From: Thermoanaerobaculia bacterium
GTDB taxonomy: Bacteria > Acidobacteriota > Thermoanaerobaculia > UBA5066
Direction: 5' to 3'
Assembly: GCA_963719225.1 (NCBI GenBank)
Contig: CAVRAY010000001.1
Location: 256,001 to 320,000 of the forward strand
DNA: 64,000 nucleotides
Shown here in pieces: positions 18,419 through 28,221 of the stretch; position 1 is the first letter of the stretch; every line of letters starts with the position of its first letter. The translations under genes and the position numbers were made by a program. Below the pieces are notes generated by a model. That model was not told the origin of the DNA. It made no database searches and saw nothing but the letters and a program-made list of their open reading frames with translations.

Positions 18419-20016
18419 GGCTCTCGGCGCTCGCCGTCGAATTTCCGCACCGGCGCGCCGGCGCCCCGGGCGACCCCGAAGTCCTCGCCGTCACGCACGA
18501 CTCGCGCGCCGCGAAGAGCGGCACGCTGTTCGCTGCATTGCCCGGGCTGAAGATCGACGGGCGCCGCTTCGTGGTCGATGCGGTCTCGCGCGGCGCCGTC
18601 GCGGCTCTCGGACTCGCGCCCGCGCCCGACGCCACGGCGGTGCCTTATCTCGAGGTCGAGAATCCCCGGCGCTCCGCGGGCCTCGTCGCTTCGCTGCTCG
18701 CGGGACGGCCGTCCGAACGGCTCGTGATGGCGGGCGTGACGGGCACGAGCGGCAAGACGACGACGACGTACCTCCTCGACGGCCTGCTCGCCGCCCGGCA
18801 TCCGAAGCGCGGCTTCTTCGGGACGATCGTCTACCGCGCCGGCGGCGCGGAGATCCCGGCGCCGCATACGACGCCGGAAGCCACCGAGCTGCAGCCGATG
18901 CTCGCGGGGCTCGTCTCGGAAGGCGGCACGGCCGCGATCCTGGAGTGCTCGTCGCACGCGCTCGTCCTCGAGCGCCTCGCGGGGTGCACGTTCGACGTGG
19001 CGATCTACCTCAACCTCTCGCGCGACCACCTCGACTTCCACCGCGACATGGACGACTACTTCGAGGCGAAGTCGCGCCTCTTTTCCATGCTCAAGCCGGG
19101 GGGGAAGGCGGTCGTCAATCTCGGAGACGCGTATGGGCGGAACCTCGCGAACAGGCTTCCTTCGAAGAGCACGATCGGATTTTTCTTAGAAGGGGAAGAG
19201 GGGAAAGCGCGCGCCGGGGAAGCCGAGCGCGCGAGCGAAGGTCTCTTCGCGACAGTCATCGGGCGCGCGACGCTCGGGCTCGCGGGGACGCATCTCGAGG
19301 TCGAGATCAAAGCCCCATTCACCTTCGAAGAAAAATACAACGGTTCAAAAACCCCACTGAAGCTTCAGAAGACGGACCAGGCGGAAATCCTATTAACAAT
19401 AAATTCCCCTCTTCTCGGCCGCTCGAATGCCGAAAACCTGCTGGCCTCCGCCGCCGCCGGCATCGCGTTGGGGTTCTCGCCGTCCGAGATCAAGACGGGT
19501 CTCGAGTCCGTGACGACGATTCCCGGCCGGCTCGAAGCCGTGCCGAACACGCGCGGCTTCACCGTCCTCGTGGACTATGCGCACAAGCCCGCCGCCCTCG
19601 AGGGCGTGCTCCGGACGGTGAGGCCGATCGCGGAGGCGGGGGGCGGGCGCCTCATCGCCGTCTTCGGATGCGGCGGCGACCGCGACAAGGGGAAGCGCCC
19701 GGAGATGGGCCGCATCGCGGCGCTCCTCGCCGACGAGGTCGTCGTCACGTCCGACAACCCTCGTTCGGAAGAGCCGGAGGCGATCCTGCGGGACGTGCGC
19801 GCGGGCGTCGAGGCGGCGGGGGTCACCGCGCATTACGTGGCGGACCGCCGCGCCGCCCTCGCCGAGGCCTTCCTCCTCGCGCGCAAGGGTGACGTCGTCC
19901 TCGTCGCCGGGAAAGGACACGAGACGAGCCAGGTCGTGGGCAGTCGCGAGCTGCCGTTCGACGACCGTCTCGTCGCGAAGGAGCTCCTCGAAAGGCTCGA
20001 GTCGGCGGCGCGATGA
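18415..20016 (+). CDS. murE: UDP-MurNAc-tripeptide synthetase (meso-DAP type)
   Basis: GVTGTSGKTT, HTTPE, VDYAH, FGCGGDRD, DNPR, AGKGHE. Carries AT-rich inserts at about 19160-19410. Confidence 0.97.
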   Translation: MRLSALAVEFPHRRAGAPGDPEVLAVTHDSRAAKSGTLFAALPGLKIDGRRFVVDAVSRGAVAALGLAPAPDATAVPYLEVENPRRSAGLVASLLAGRPSERLVMAGVTGTSGKTTTTYLLDGLLAARHPKRGFFGTIVYRAGGAEIPAPHTTPEATELQPMLAGLVSEGGTAAILECSSHALVLERLAGCTFDVAIYLNLSRDHLDFHRDMDDYFEAKSRLFSMLKPGGKAVVNLGDAYGRNLANRLPSKSTIGFFLEGEEGKARAGEAERASEGLFATVIGRATLGLAGTHLEVEIKAPFTFEEKYNGSKTPLKLQKTDQAEILLTINSPLLGRSNAENLLASAAAGIALGFSPSEIKTGLESVTTIPGRLEAVPNTRGFTVLVDYAHKPAALEGVLRTVRPIAEAGGGRLIAVFGCGGDRDKGKRPEMGRIAALLADEVVVTSDNPRSEEPEAILRDVRAGVEAAGVTAHYVADRRAALAEAFLLARKGDVVLVAGKGHETSQVVGSRELPFDDRLVAKELLERLESAAR

Positions 20017-21098
20017 TCCTCTGGCTGCTCTACCCGCTGCACGGCCGGTTGCCGCTCTTCAACGTCTTTCGCTACATCACCTTTCGGGCCGCGAACGCGG
20101 CTCTCATGGCTCTCCTCCTCTCCATCTTTCTCGGGCCCGCCCTCATCCGCTGGCTTCGCGCGAGGCAGATCGGGCAGTCCATCCGGGAGGAAGGGCCGAA
20201 GGGCCACCAGGTGAAGGCGGGCACGCCCACGATGGGCGGCGTCCTCATCAACCTGGCGATCGTCGTGCCCACGCTCGTCTTCGCCGACCTGTCGAATCGC
20301 TACGTGTGGGTCGCTCTCGTCGCGACCGTCCTCGCCATGCTGATCGGCATCGGAGACGACTGGCGCAAGGTGTCGCACAAGAACAACCGGGGTCTTTCGG
20401 GCAGGCAGAAGCTGGCCCTGCAGACCGTGATCGGGCTCGGAGTGGCGTGGGCCTCGGTGAAGCTCTTCGACGCACGCGCGGACGCCACGCAGGTCGCCCT
20501 GCCCTTTCTGAAGAACGTCCATCCGGACCTCGGCGTTTTCTACATCCTCCTGGCGACGATCGTCGTCGTGGGCTCGTCGAACGCCGTGAACCTCACGGAT
20601 GGCCTCGACGGGCTCGCGATCGGCGCGACGCTCGTCGCGTCGGCCACGTTCGCGATCCTCGCGTACATCGCCGGCAACGCCAAGGCCGCGAACTACCTCC
20701 TCGTGCCGTCCGTTCCGGGCACGGGCGAGCTTGCCGTTTTCTGCGCGGCCATCGTTGGAGCGTCGCTCGGATTCCTCTGGTTCAATTCCCATCCCGCCGA
20801 GGTCTTCATGGGCGACACGGGCTCCCTCGCTCTCGGAGCGGCGCTCGGAACGGTCGCCGTGCTCATCAAGCAGGAGATCCTCCTCGTCCTCGTGGGCGGG
20901 CTGTTCGTCGTCGAGGCCGCCTCGGTGATCCTGCAGGTCGGATCCTTCCAGCTGCGCGGCAAGCGCATCTTCAAGATGGCGCCGCTCCATCACCACTTCG
21001 AGCTCTCCGGATGGCCGGAGTCGAAGGTCATCATCCGGTTCTGGATCGTGGCGATCCTCTTCGCGCTCTTCGCGCTTTCGACGCTGAAGCTCAGATGA
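20013..21098 (+). CDS. mraY: Phospho-MurNAc-pentapeptide transferase
   Basis: KAGTPTMGG, NAVNLTDGLDGL, MAPLHHHFE. Confidence 0.98.
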   Translation: MILWLLYPLHGRLPLFNVFRYITFRAANAALMALLLSIFLGPALIRWLRARQIGQSIREEGPKGHQVKAGTPTMGGVLINLAIVVPTLVFADLSNRYVWVALVATVLAMLIGIGDDWRKVSHKNNRGLSGRQKLALQTVIGLGVAWASVKLFDARADATQVALPFLKNVHPDLGVFYILLATIVVVGSSNAVNLTDGLDGLAIGATLVASATFAILAYIAGNAKAANYLLVPSVPGTGELAVFCAAIVGASLGFLWFNSHPAEVFMGDTGSLALGAALGTVAVLIKQEILLVLVGGLFVVEAASVILQVGSFQLRGKRIFKMAPLHHHFELSGWPESKVIIRFWIVAILFALFALSTLKLR

Positions 21099-22498
21099 CG
21101 CTCTCCCTTGGACCCGACCTGCCCGAGATCCGCTCCGCCGTGGTCTTCGGCCTCGCCCGATCGGGCCGCGCCGCCGTGGCGGCTCTGGCCGAGCGGGGCG
21201 TCGAGGTGACCGGGACGGACGCGAAGGCCGATCTCGAGGGCCTCGCCGAACGTTCCGGCGTCCGCTACGTCCTCGGAGGGCATCCCGAGTCCCTCCTCGA
21301 GGACATCGACCTCGTCGTCGTGTCGCCGGGAATTCCGCTGACTCTGCCCGTGTTCGACGCGGCACGGGCGCGCGCGCTGCCCGTGGTGGCGGAGATCGAG
21401 CTGGCCTCGCGGCTCCTGCCGGGCGTCATCGTCGGCGTGACGGGCACGAACGGAAAGTCGACGACGACGGCGCTCGCGGCCGCGCTCCTCAGGAACGCCG
21501 GCCATTACGCGGTGGCCTGCGGAAACTTCGGAACTCCCTGGATCCATTTCGCGACCAAAGAGGGAGCGAACGGGAGCGGCACCGTGCCGCGCACCTGGGT
21601 CGTCGAGCTGTCGTCCTTCCAGCTCGAAGGCATCCGGCGGTTCGCGCCCGACGTGGCGGTCCATCTGAACCTCACGCCCGATCATCTCGACCGCTACCGG
21701 TCGATGGACGACTACGGAGCGGCAAAGGCGCGCATCTTCGAGAATCAGCGCGAGGCTCAGATCGCGGTCCTGAATGACGACGACCCTCTCGTCGCTCGCG
21801 TGAAGACCCGCGCGCGGCGCCTCGCGTTCTCGCGGCGCGGCTCGCCAGGGCTCGGCGCCTGGCTCGCAGACGACCTCCTTCTCGCGGACGTGACGGGCAG
21901 GGGCCCTCGGATCGTGGCGAGGCGGTCGGATCTCGCGCTGCCGGGCGCGCACAACGTCGAGAACGCGCTCGCGGCGCTCGCGGCGACGCTGCCGCTCGGC
22001 GTCACGCCCGAAACCGCCGTCGAGACGCTGCGCACCTTCCGCGGCCTCCCGCATCGCACGGCGCTCGTGCGCACGGTGAACGGCGTCGGCTACTGGAACG
22101 ATTCGAAGGGCACGAACGTGGACGCGACGCTGAAGAGCCTCGAGGGGTTCGACGACCACAGCGTGCACCTCATCCTCGGCGGGAAAGACAAGGGCGACGA
22201 TTTCGCCCGGCTGGGTCCGCTCGCGTTGCGGAAGGCGCGGCGCATCCTCGCCATCGGCAAGGCGGCGCCCGCGATCGCCCAGGCGCTCGGAAGCCTGCCC
22301 GGGGTCTCCCTCCAGGTCGTCGGGACGCTCGAGAAGGCGCTCGAGGACGCGTCCTCCCACGCGGAGCCCGGCGATGTGGTGCTCCTGTCGCCCGCGTGCG
22401 CATCCTTCGACCAGTTCAAGAACTTCGAGCATCGCGGCGAGGTCTTCGAGTCGCTCGTGAGGGCGCTCCCAGAGCGGGCCGCGGCGGGCAGGCGCTGA
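21095..22498 (+). CDS. murD: UDP-MurNAc-L-Ala:D-Glu ligase
   Basis: GVTGTNGKST, ELSSFQL, NDSKGTN, SPACASFDQF. Confidence 0.97.
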   Translation: MTLSLGPDLPEIRSAVVFGLARSGRAAVAALAERGVEVTGTDAKADLEGLAERSGVRYVLGGHPESLLEDIDLVVVSPGIPLTLPVFDAARARALPVVAEIELASRLLPGVIVGVTGTNGKSTTTALAAALLRNAGHYAVACGNFGTPWIHFATKEGANGSGTVPRTWVVELSSFQLEGIRRFAPDVAVHLNLTPDHLDRYRSMDDYGAAKARIFENQREAQIAVLNDDDPLVARVKTRARRLAFSRRGSPGLGAWLADDLLLADVTGRGPRIVARRSDLALPGAHNVENALAALAATLPLGVTPETAVETLRTFRGLPHRTALVRTVNGVGYWNDSKGTNVDATLKSLEGFDDHSVHLILGGKDKGDDFARLGPLALRKARRILAIGKAAPAIAQALGSLPGVSLQVVGTLEKALEDASSHAEPGDVVLLSPACASFDQFKNFEHRGEVFESLVRALPERAAAGRR

Positions 22499-23604
22499 TG
22501 GCACGGAAGCTCGCTTTCGACCGGCTGCTCTTCGGATCCGTGGTGCTCCTCGTGTTCCTGGGCCTCTTGATGATCTACAGCGCGTCGGCGATGCAGATCT
22601 ACCTGCCGACGTCCGCGGCTCCCGCCGGCGCCTATTTCTTCGTGATCAAGCAGACGATCGCGGTCGTCATCGGCGGAGTCCTCGCGTTCCTCGCGATGTC
22701 GATGGACTACCGCCGCCTGAACGACCCGCGCCTCATCGGAGTCTCTCTGGTCCTCCTCGCCGGATCGCTCGTGGGGGTGCTTCTCCGGGCTCCCGTCAAC
22801 GGGGCGCGACGCTGGCTGTCGTTCGGCATCGTCAAGTCGATCCAGCCGTCGGAGTTCGCGAAGATCGGCCTCGTCATCGCGCTCGCGGCGCTGCTGGCGC
22901 GGCGGGAGGGAGAGGTCACGCATCCGACGCGGACCCTGCTGCCGATCCTCGGGCTCGTCTCGGTGTTCGCGGGGCTCGTCCTTCTCGAGCCCGACTTCGG
23001 CACCGCGCTGACCTATTTCGTGATCGCCGGCGCGATGCTCTTCTTCGCCGGCCTCCCCTTGAAGTACTTTCTCGGGTCGGCGCTGCTCCTCGTGCCGACG
23101 CTCTCGGCCTTCGTTCTGGCGGCGCAATACCGGCGCGACCGGCTCATGGCGTTCCTCCATCCGGAGGCGGATCCCCTCGGGAAGGGCTTTCACGCGATCC
23201 AGTCGCTCATCGCCGTCGGCACGGGCGGCGTCACGGGCCTCGGCCTGGGGCACGGCAAGCAGAAGCTCTTCTTTCTTCCCTACCCCTACACGGACTTCAT
23301 CTACGCGATCGTGGGCGAGGAGCTGGGGCTCATCGGGTGTGCCGCCGTCCTCGCCCTGTTCGGCTTCGTCTTCGCGCGGGGCGTCCGGGCCGCGGCGAAC
23401 GCGCCCGACTCCTTCGGGCGGCTTCTCGGGATCGGGTTCTCGGTGATGATCGTCGTGCAGGCGCTCGTCAACATCTCCGTCGTCCTGTCCCTCCTCCCCA
23501 CCAAGGGAATCCCGCTGCCGTTCCTCTCGTACGGCGGGTCGGCGCTCTTCGTCGACCTCCTGGCGGTCGGGATCCTCCTCAACCTCTCGCAGCACGCGTC
23601 ATGA
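22498..23604 (+). CDS. ftsW: SEDS glycosyltransferase FtsW
   Basis: NGARRW, IQPSEFAK, TDFI..GEELG, LPFLSYGGS. Confidence 0.97.
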   Translation: MARKLAFDRLLFGSVVLLVFLGLLMIYSASAMQIYLPTSAAPAGAYFFVIKQTIAVVIGGVLAFLAMSMDYRRLNDPRLIGVSLVLLAGSLVGVLLRAPVNGARRWLSFGIVKSIQPSEFAKIGLVIALAALLARREGEVTHPTRTLLPILGLVSVFAGLVLLEPDFGTALTYFVIAGAMLFFAGLPLKYFLGSALLLVPTLSAFVLAAQYRRDRLMAFLHPEADPLGKGFHAIQSLIAVGTGGVTGLGLGHGKQKLFFLPYPYTDFIYAIVGEELGLIGCAAVLALFGFVFARGVRAAANAPDSFGRLLGIGFSVMIVVQALVNISVVLSLLPTKGIPLPFLSYGGSALFVDLLAVGILLNLSQHAS

Positions 23605-24695
23605 CGGAGCGCGGCTTTCTCATCGCGGGGGGAGGGACGGGGGGGCACGTCTTCCCCGCGCTCGCCCTGGCCGGCGAGATCCGGCGCCGGCGGCCGGGTG
23701 CGCCCGTCGTGTTCGTGGGCACGGCGCGCGGGCTCGAGACGACCCTCGTGCCGAAGGCGGGCTTCCCTCTGGAGCTCGTTCGCGCGAAGGGCCTCGTCGG
23801 AAAGGGATGGCGCGCGCGTCTCGAGGGCCTTCTCGCGCTGCCGCTGGCGTTCGTCGACTCGCTGCGTCTTCTCGCGGTCCACGATCCCCGCGCCGTCGTG
23901 GGCGTCGGAGGGTATGCCTCGGGCCCGCTCGTCGCCACGGCGTGGGCGCGCCGCGTGCCGACGTTGATTCACGAGCAGAACGCCGTTCCCGGCCTCACGA
24001 ACCGCCTCCTCGCGCGCGTGGCGAAACGCATCGCGGTCGGCACCGCGCGCACAGCCGCGGCGCTGCCCGGAGCGATCGTGACGGGGAACCCGGTGCGAAA
24101 GGACTTCTTCGAGATTCCATCTCTCGTCTCACGGGAAAAGCACCGGCGGCTGAGGGTCCTCGTCGTCGGCGGCAGCCAGGGAGCGCAGATCCTGAATTCT
24201 CTCGTGCCTCCCGCGCTCGCCAGGGTCGAGGCGGCCGGCATCGCCTTCGACGTCGTGCATCAGGCCGGAAAGAACCGCGCCGGCGAGGTCGTCACGTCCT
24301 ACGCGAAGCTCGGCCTTTCTGCCGACCGCGCGTTCGTCCACGAGTTTCTCGACGACATCTCCGCTGCGTACGCCGCCGCGGATCTCGTCGTCGCGCGGGC
24401 GGGCGCGATGACGATCGCCGAGATCGCGGCGGCCGGCCGCCCGGCGCTCCTCGTGCCGTTCGCCGCCGCGACGCATGCTCACCAGGAAGCCAATGCCCGC
24501 GCGCTCGAATCGAGCGGCGCGGCCGTCGTTCTCACGGAAGCCGAGGCGACGGACGAAACGCTCGGGGCGGCGCTCGCCGGACTCCTCGGCGACCCGTTGC
24601 GTCTCCTCGAGATGGGCGAGGCGGCGCGGCGCTCGGCCCTTCCGGACGCGGCCTCACGACTGTGCGACCTGCTCTTCGAGGCGGAAGCGGCATGA
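23601..24695 (+). CDS. murG: Lipid I GlcNAc transferase
   Basis: GGGTGGH, HEQN, GNPVR, GGSQGA. Confidence 0.98.
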   Translation: MTERGFLIAGGGTGGHVFPALALAGEIRRRRPGAPVVFVGTARGLETTLVPKAGFPLELVRAKGLVGKGWRARLEGLLALPLAFVDSLRLLAVHDPRAVVGVGGYASGPLVATAWARRVPTLIHEQNAVPGLTNRLLARVAKRIAVGTARTAAALPGAIVTGNPVRKDFFEIPSLVSREKHRRLRVLVVGGSQGAQILNSLVPPALARVEAAGIAFDVVHQAGKNRAGEVVTSYAKLGLSADRAFVHEFLDDISAAYAAADLVVARAGAMTIAEIAAAGRPALLVPFAAATHAHQEANARALESSGAAVVLTEAEATDETLGAALAGLLGDPLRLLEMGEAARRSALPDAASRLCDLLFEAEAA

Positions 24696-26137
24696 ATTTT
24701 CTTCGCGTGAAGCGCCTCCACTTCGTCGGGATCGGGGGCATCGGGATGAGCGGCCTCGCCGAGCTCCTGAAGAGCGTCGGGCTCGAGGTGACGGGCTCGG
24801 ATCTCTCGATCTCGGAGACGGCGCTCCGCCTCAAGAGCCTCGGCATCGAGGTGCACCAGGGCCACCGGGCCGAGAACACGACCGGCGCGGACGTCGTCAT
24901 CTACTCGAGCGCGGTCAACGAGGGAAACCCCGAGGTCGTCGCCGCGCGGGCCGCCGGCCTTCCCGTCATCAAGCGGGCCGAGATGCTCGCCGAGGTCATG
25001 CGGGTAAAGCGGGGAATCGCGATCTCGGGCGCGCACGGCAAGACCACGACGACGTCCATGACGGGAGCGATCCTGATGGCGGCGGGGCTCGACCCCACGA
25101 TCATCGTGGGCGGCCGCATGCGCGAAGTCGGCACCGCGCGGCTGGGACACGGGGAATACCTCGTCGCCGAAGCCGACGAGTTCGACCGGTCGTTCCTGGC
25201 GCTCTCGCCGATGCTCGCGGTCGTGAACAACATCGACCTCGAGCACCTCGACACCTATCGCGACCTCGCGGACATCCAGGAGACGTTCGCGCGTTTCGCG
25301 CGAAGCGTGCCTTTTTTCGGCGCGGTGATCCTCGGCCTGGACGACCCGAACGTCCAGGAGATCCGGCCTCTCATCTCCCGCCGCGTCGTGACTTTCGGCC
25401 TCACGCCTCAGGCCGACGTCACCGTGCGCGACCTGGTTCTGGAGCGGGCGGGCTCGCGGTTCGTCGCGACCGCGGGCCGCGACTTCATGGGGGCCGTGAG
25501 GCTCAAGGTGCCGGGGCTCCACAACGTGAAGAACGCGCTCGCCGCGCTCGCCGTCGCGCGCGAGCTGTCGATTCCGTTCGGAATCGCCTCCCGCGCGCTC
25601 GAGGAATTCGCGGGCGTGATCCGGCGATTCGAGAAGAAGGGCGAGACGGGCGGAATCGTCGTGGTCGACGACTACGCGCACCACCCGACCGAGGTGGCCG
25701 CGACGCTCGCGGCGGCCCGCCAGTCGTATCCGGACCGGCGCGTCGTCGCGCTCTTCCAGCCTCACCTCTACTCCCGCACGAAGGACTTCGCGGCGAACTT
25801 CGGCGCGGTGTTCCTGAACGCGGACGTCCTCCTCGTGGCTCCCGTCTACGGCTCGCGGGAAGCGCCGCGCGAAGGCGTGACGGGCGCGCTCGTGGCCGAC
25901 GCGGCGACGGCGCGCGGGCACCGTAACGCGCGGTTCATCGCGGACCGGGCGGACATCGGACGCGCCCTCGAAGAAGAAATGAAAGACGGAGACCTTCTGC
26001 TCACCATGGGGGCAGGAGATGTAAATCAATTCGGAGAAGAGTTTCTTAGAAGGAAAGAGAGCACAGGCAACGTCACCGCGCAGCCGGCCGCAGCCGCGCA
26101 ACCGCTACACATACCTTCTAAGAAATCCGAACTATGA
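24692..26137 (+). CDS. murC: UDP-MurNAc:L-Ala ligase
   Basis: GIGGIGMSG, GAHGKTTT, EADE, DDYAHHPTE, MGAGD. About 30 aa C-terminal extension. Confidence 0.97.
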   Translation: MNFLRVKRLHFVGIGGIGMSGLAELLKSVGLEVTGSDLSISETALRLKSLGIEVHQGHRAENTTGADVVIYSSAVNEGNPEVVAARAAGLPVIKRAEMLAEVMRVKRGIAISGAHGKTTTTSMTGAILMAAGLDPTIIVGGRMREVGTARLGHGEYLVAEADEFDRSFLALSPMLAVVNNIDLEHLDTYRDLADIQETFARFARSVPFFGAVILGLDDPNVQEIRPLISRRVVTFGLTPQADVTVRDLVLERAGSRFVATAGRDFMGAVRLKVPGLHNVKNALAALAVARELSIPFGIASRALEEFAGVIRRFEKKGETGGIVVVDDYAHHPTEVAATLAAARQSYPDRRVVALFQPHLYSRTKDFAANFGAVFLNADVLLVAPVYGSREAPREGVTGALVADAATARGHRNARFIADRADIGRALEEEMKDGDLLLTMGAGDVNQFGEEFLRRKESTGNVTAQPAAAAQPLHIPSKKSEL

Positions 26138-26943
26138 GTTCCTTCTATCGTCTTCCCGCCTCCCGCACCGTGCGCCCCATGCGGCGCGGCGCGGGGCGGC
26201 GGCTCCTCGTGCCGGCCGTGGTCTGCCTTCTCTTCGTCATCCTCGGCCTCTCGGGCCTCCTTCTCCTCCGGACTCATTCGCGCTTCGCCGTGAACCGCGT
26301 CGTGCTCGAAGGCGTGCCGGAGGCGCGGCGCTCGGAAGCGGAAGAGCTGACGGACGGCTGGATCGGACGGCCGCTTCTCTTCCTCGATCTCGACCAGCCG
26401 GTGGCCGAGCTTTCGAAGCGCTCGTGGGTCGCGTCCGCGACGGCCCGCCGCATCGTGCCCGACACGATCGCCGTGCGCATCGTGGCGCGGCCGCCCGTCG
26501 CGCTCGTGGCGCGCGCCGACAAGGACGGAGAGCTTTGGACGATCGACCGCGGCGGCAGCTTCATCGGCCCGTACGCGGGCCGCGCGCTCTCGAGGAGCGA
26601 CGACTTCGTGGTTCTCTCCGGCGCGTCCGACGCGGCGTCGCTCGCGCGCGGGGCGAAGTTCGTCGAGGTCCTCAGGGAGGAGGATCCCGAGCTCCTGGCG
26701 CGGTTGTCCGGAGTCGTCCTCGTGCCCGAGGGCTTCTCGGTGACGGACCGCATCGCGAAGGCGTGCCTCCTGTTCGGGCCCGACGCCGCCGAGCCGAAGA
26801 AAGCCGCGCCGCTGTGGCGCGCGTTCCTCGCCCTGCGCCCCGAGCTCGACCGCCATTCCCTGCCCGCGACCGAGGCGGACCTGCGCTTTTCGGGACGCAT
26901 CGTGCTGAAAGCGCCCCCCGACACGGGGCGCGGGAAGACCTGA
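26134..26943 (+). CDS. ftsQ: Cell division protein FtsQ/DivIB
   Basis: TM plus POTRA (WV..A..RR..PDT) and C-terminal DLRF; position before ftsA. Confidence 0.85.
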   Translation: MSSFYRLPASRTVRPMRRGAGRRLLVPAVVCLLFVILGLSGLLLLRTHSRFAVNRVVLEGVPEARRSEAEELTDGWIGRPLLFLDLDQPVAELSKRSWVASATARRIVPDTIAVRIVARPPVALVARADKDGELWTIDRGGSFIGPYAGRALSRSDDFVVLSGASDAASLARGAKFVEVLREEDPELLARLSGVVLVPEGFSVTDRIAKACLLFGPDAAEPKKAAPLWRAFLALRPELDRHSLPATEADLRFSGRIVLKAPPDTGRGKT

Positions 26944-26954
26944 GAGGACTAGGG

Positions 26955-28202
26955 ATGCCGAAACCCGCTTCGTATCTCGTCAGCCTCGACATCGGATCGA
27001 CGAAGGTCTGCGCCCTCATCGCTGAGCCGGACGCGTCGGGCCGCATCGACATCATCGGCAAGGGCACGGCGGTGCACAAGGGCGCGCGCAAGGGGGCCAT
27101 CATCGACGTGCCCGTCACGGTCGACGCGATCAAGCGCGCGACGGAGGAGGCGGAGATCATGGCCGGCGCCCAGATCGAGCGCGCGGTCGTGGGCGTCGCC
27201 GGCCCGGCCGTCAAGTCGTTCAACAGCCGCCAGGTCGTCGCGGTGGCTGCGAAGAACCGCGAGATCACGCGCGAGGACATCCAGCGCTCCCTCGACGCGG
27301 CGCGCTCGGTGCCGATCCCGTCGGAGTTCGAGATCCTCCACGTCCTCCCGCGCGAGTTCGTCGTGGACGGCCAGGACGGAGTCGCCGACCCGCTCGGCAT
27401 GGTGGGCAGCCGGCTGGAAGCCGACGTCCACGTCGTCACCGTGCCCGTCGCGACGACACAGAACCTTCTCAACTGCGTCAACCGGGCGGGCGTCGAGGTG
27501 ATCGAGATGGTGCTCGAGCCCCTCGCCGCGGGCGAAGCGGTGCTCACCCCGGACGAGCGCGAGCTGGGCGTCGTCCTCGCCGACATCGGCGGTGGAACGA
27601 CGGAAGTCGCGGTCTGGCGCCACGGAGCGCTCGCGCACACGTCCGTTCTGCCCGTGGGCGGAGACCACTTCACGAACGACCTCGCGGTCGTCCTGAAGAC
27701 TCCCGTCCCCGACGCCGAGCGGCTCAAGCGCAAGTTCGGGGCGGCGATGGCGGCGCTCGTGAACGAAAGCGAGTCGCTCGACGTGCCGCTCACGGGCGGG
27801 CGGGGCGTCCATCCCGTCAAGCGGCGCGAGATCGCCGAGATTCTCCAGCCGCGCGCCGAGGAGCTCCTCACGCTGCTCTGGGAAGAGTCGGTCCGGGAGG
27901 TTCCCGCGGGCGAGCTGCGTGCCGGACTCGTTCTCACGGGCGGCGGCGCCGAGCTGGACGGGCTCCTCGAAGTCGCCGAGCAGGTCCTGGGCGTCGCCGT
28001 GCGCCGGGGCGTTCCACGCGGCCTCGGCGGGCTGACGGACGTCATCGCCTCGCCGGAATGGGCCTGCGCCGCGGGTCTGCTGCTCTACGGCCGCGGCAGC
28101 GCCGCCGCGTCGAAGAAGCGCTCGCGCGTCTCCGGTCCGGGCCTTCTCGAGAAGCTCAAAGGCTCCCTCAAGAACTTATTCCCCGCGTCCACCGCGTTGT
28201 GA
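26955..28202 (+). CDS. ftsA: Cell division protein FtsA
   Basis: [22 protein letters not shown] and an amphipathic C-terminal helix. Confidence 0.97.
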   Translation: MPKPASYLVSLDIGSTKVCALIAEPDASGRIDIIGKGTAVHKGARKGAIIDVPVTVDAIKRATEEAEIMAGAQIERAVVGVAGPAVKSFNSRQVVAVAAKNREITREDIQRSLDAARSVPIPSEFEILHVLPREFVVDGQDGVADPLGMVGSRLEADVHVVTVPVATTQNLLNCVNRAGVEVIEMVLEPLAAGEAVLTPDERELGVVLADIGGGTTEVAVWRHGALAHTSVLPVGGDHFTNDLAVVLKTPVPDAERLKRKFGAAMAALVNESESLDVPLTGGRGVHPVKRREIAEILQPRAEELLTLLWEESVREVPAGELRAGLVLTGGGAELDGLLEVAEQVLGVAVRRGVPRGLGGLTDVIASPEWACAAGLLLYGRGSAAASKKRSRVSGPGLLEKLKGSLKNLFPASTAL

Positions 28203-28221
28203 TATCGATGGAGGAAAGAAC

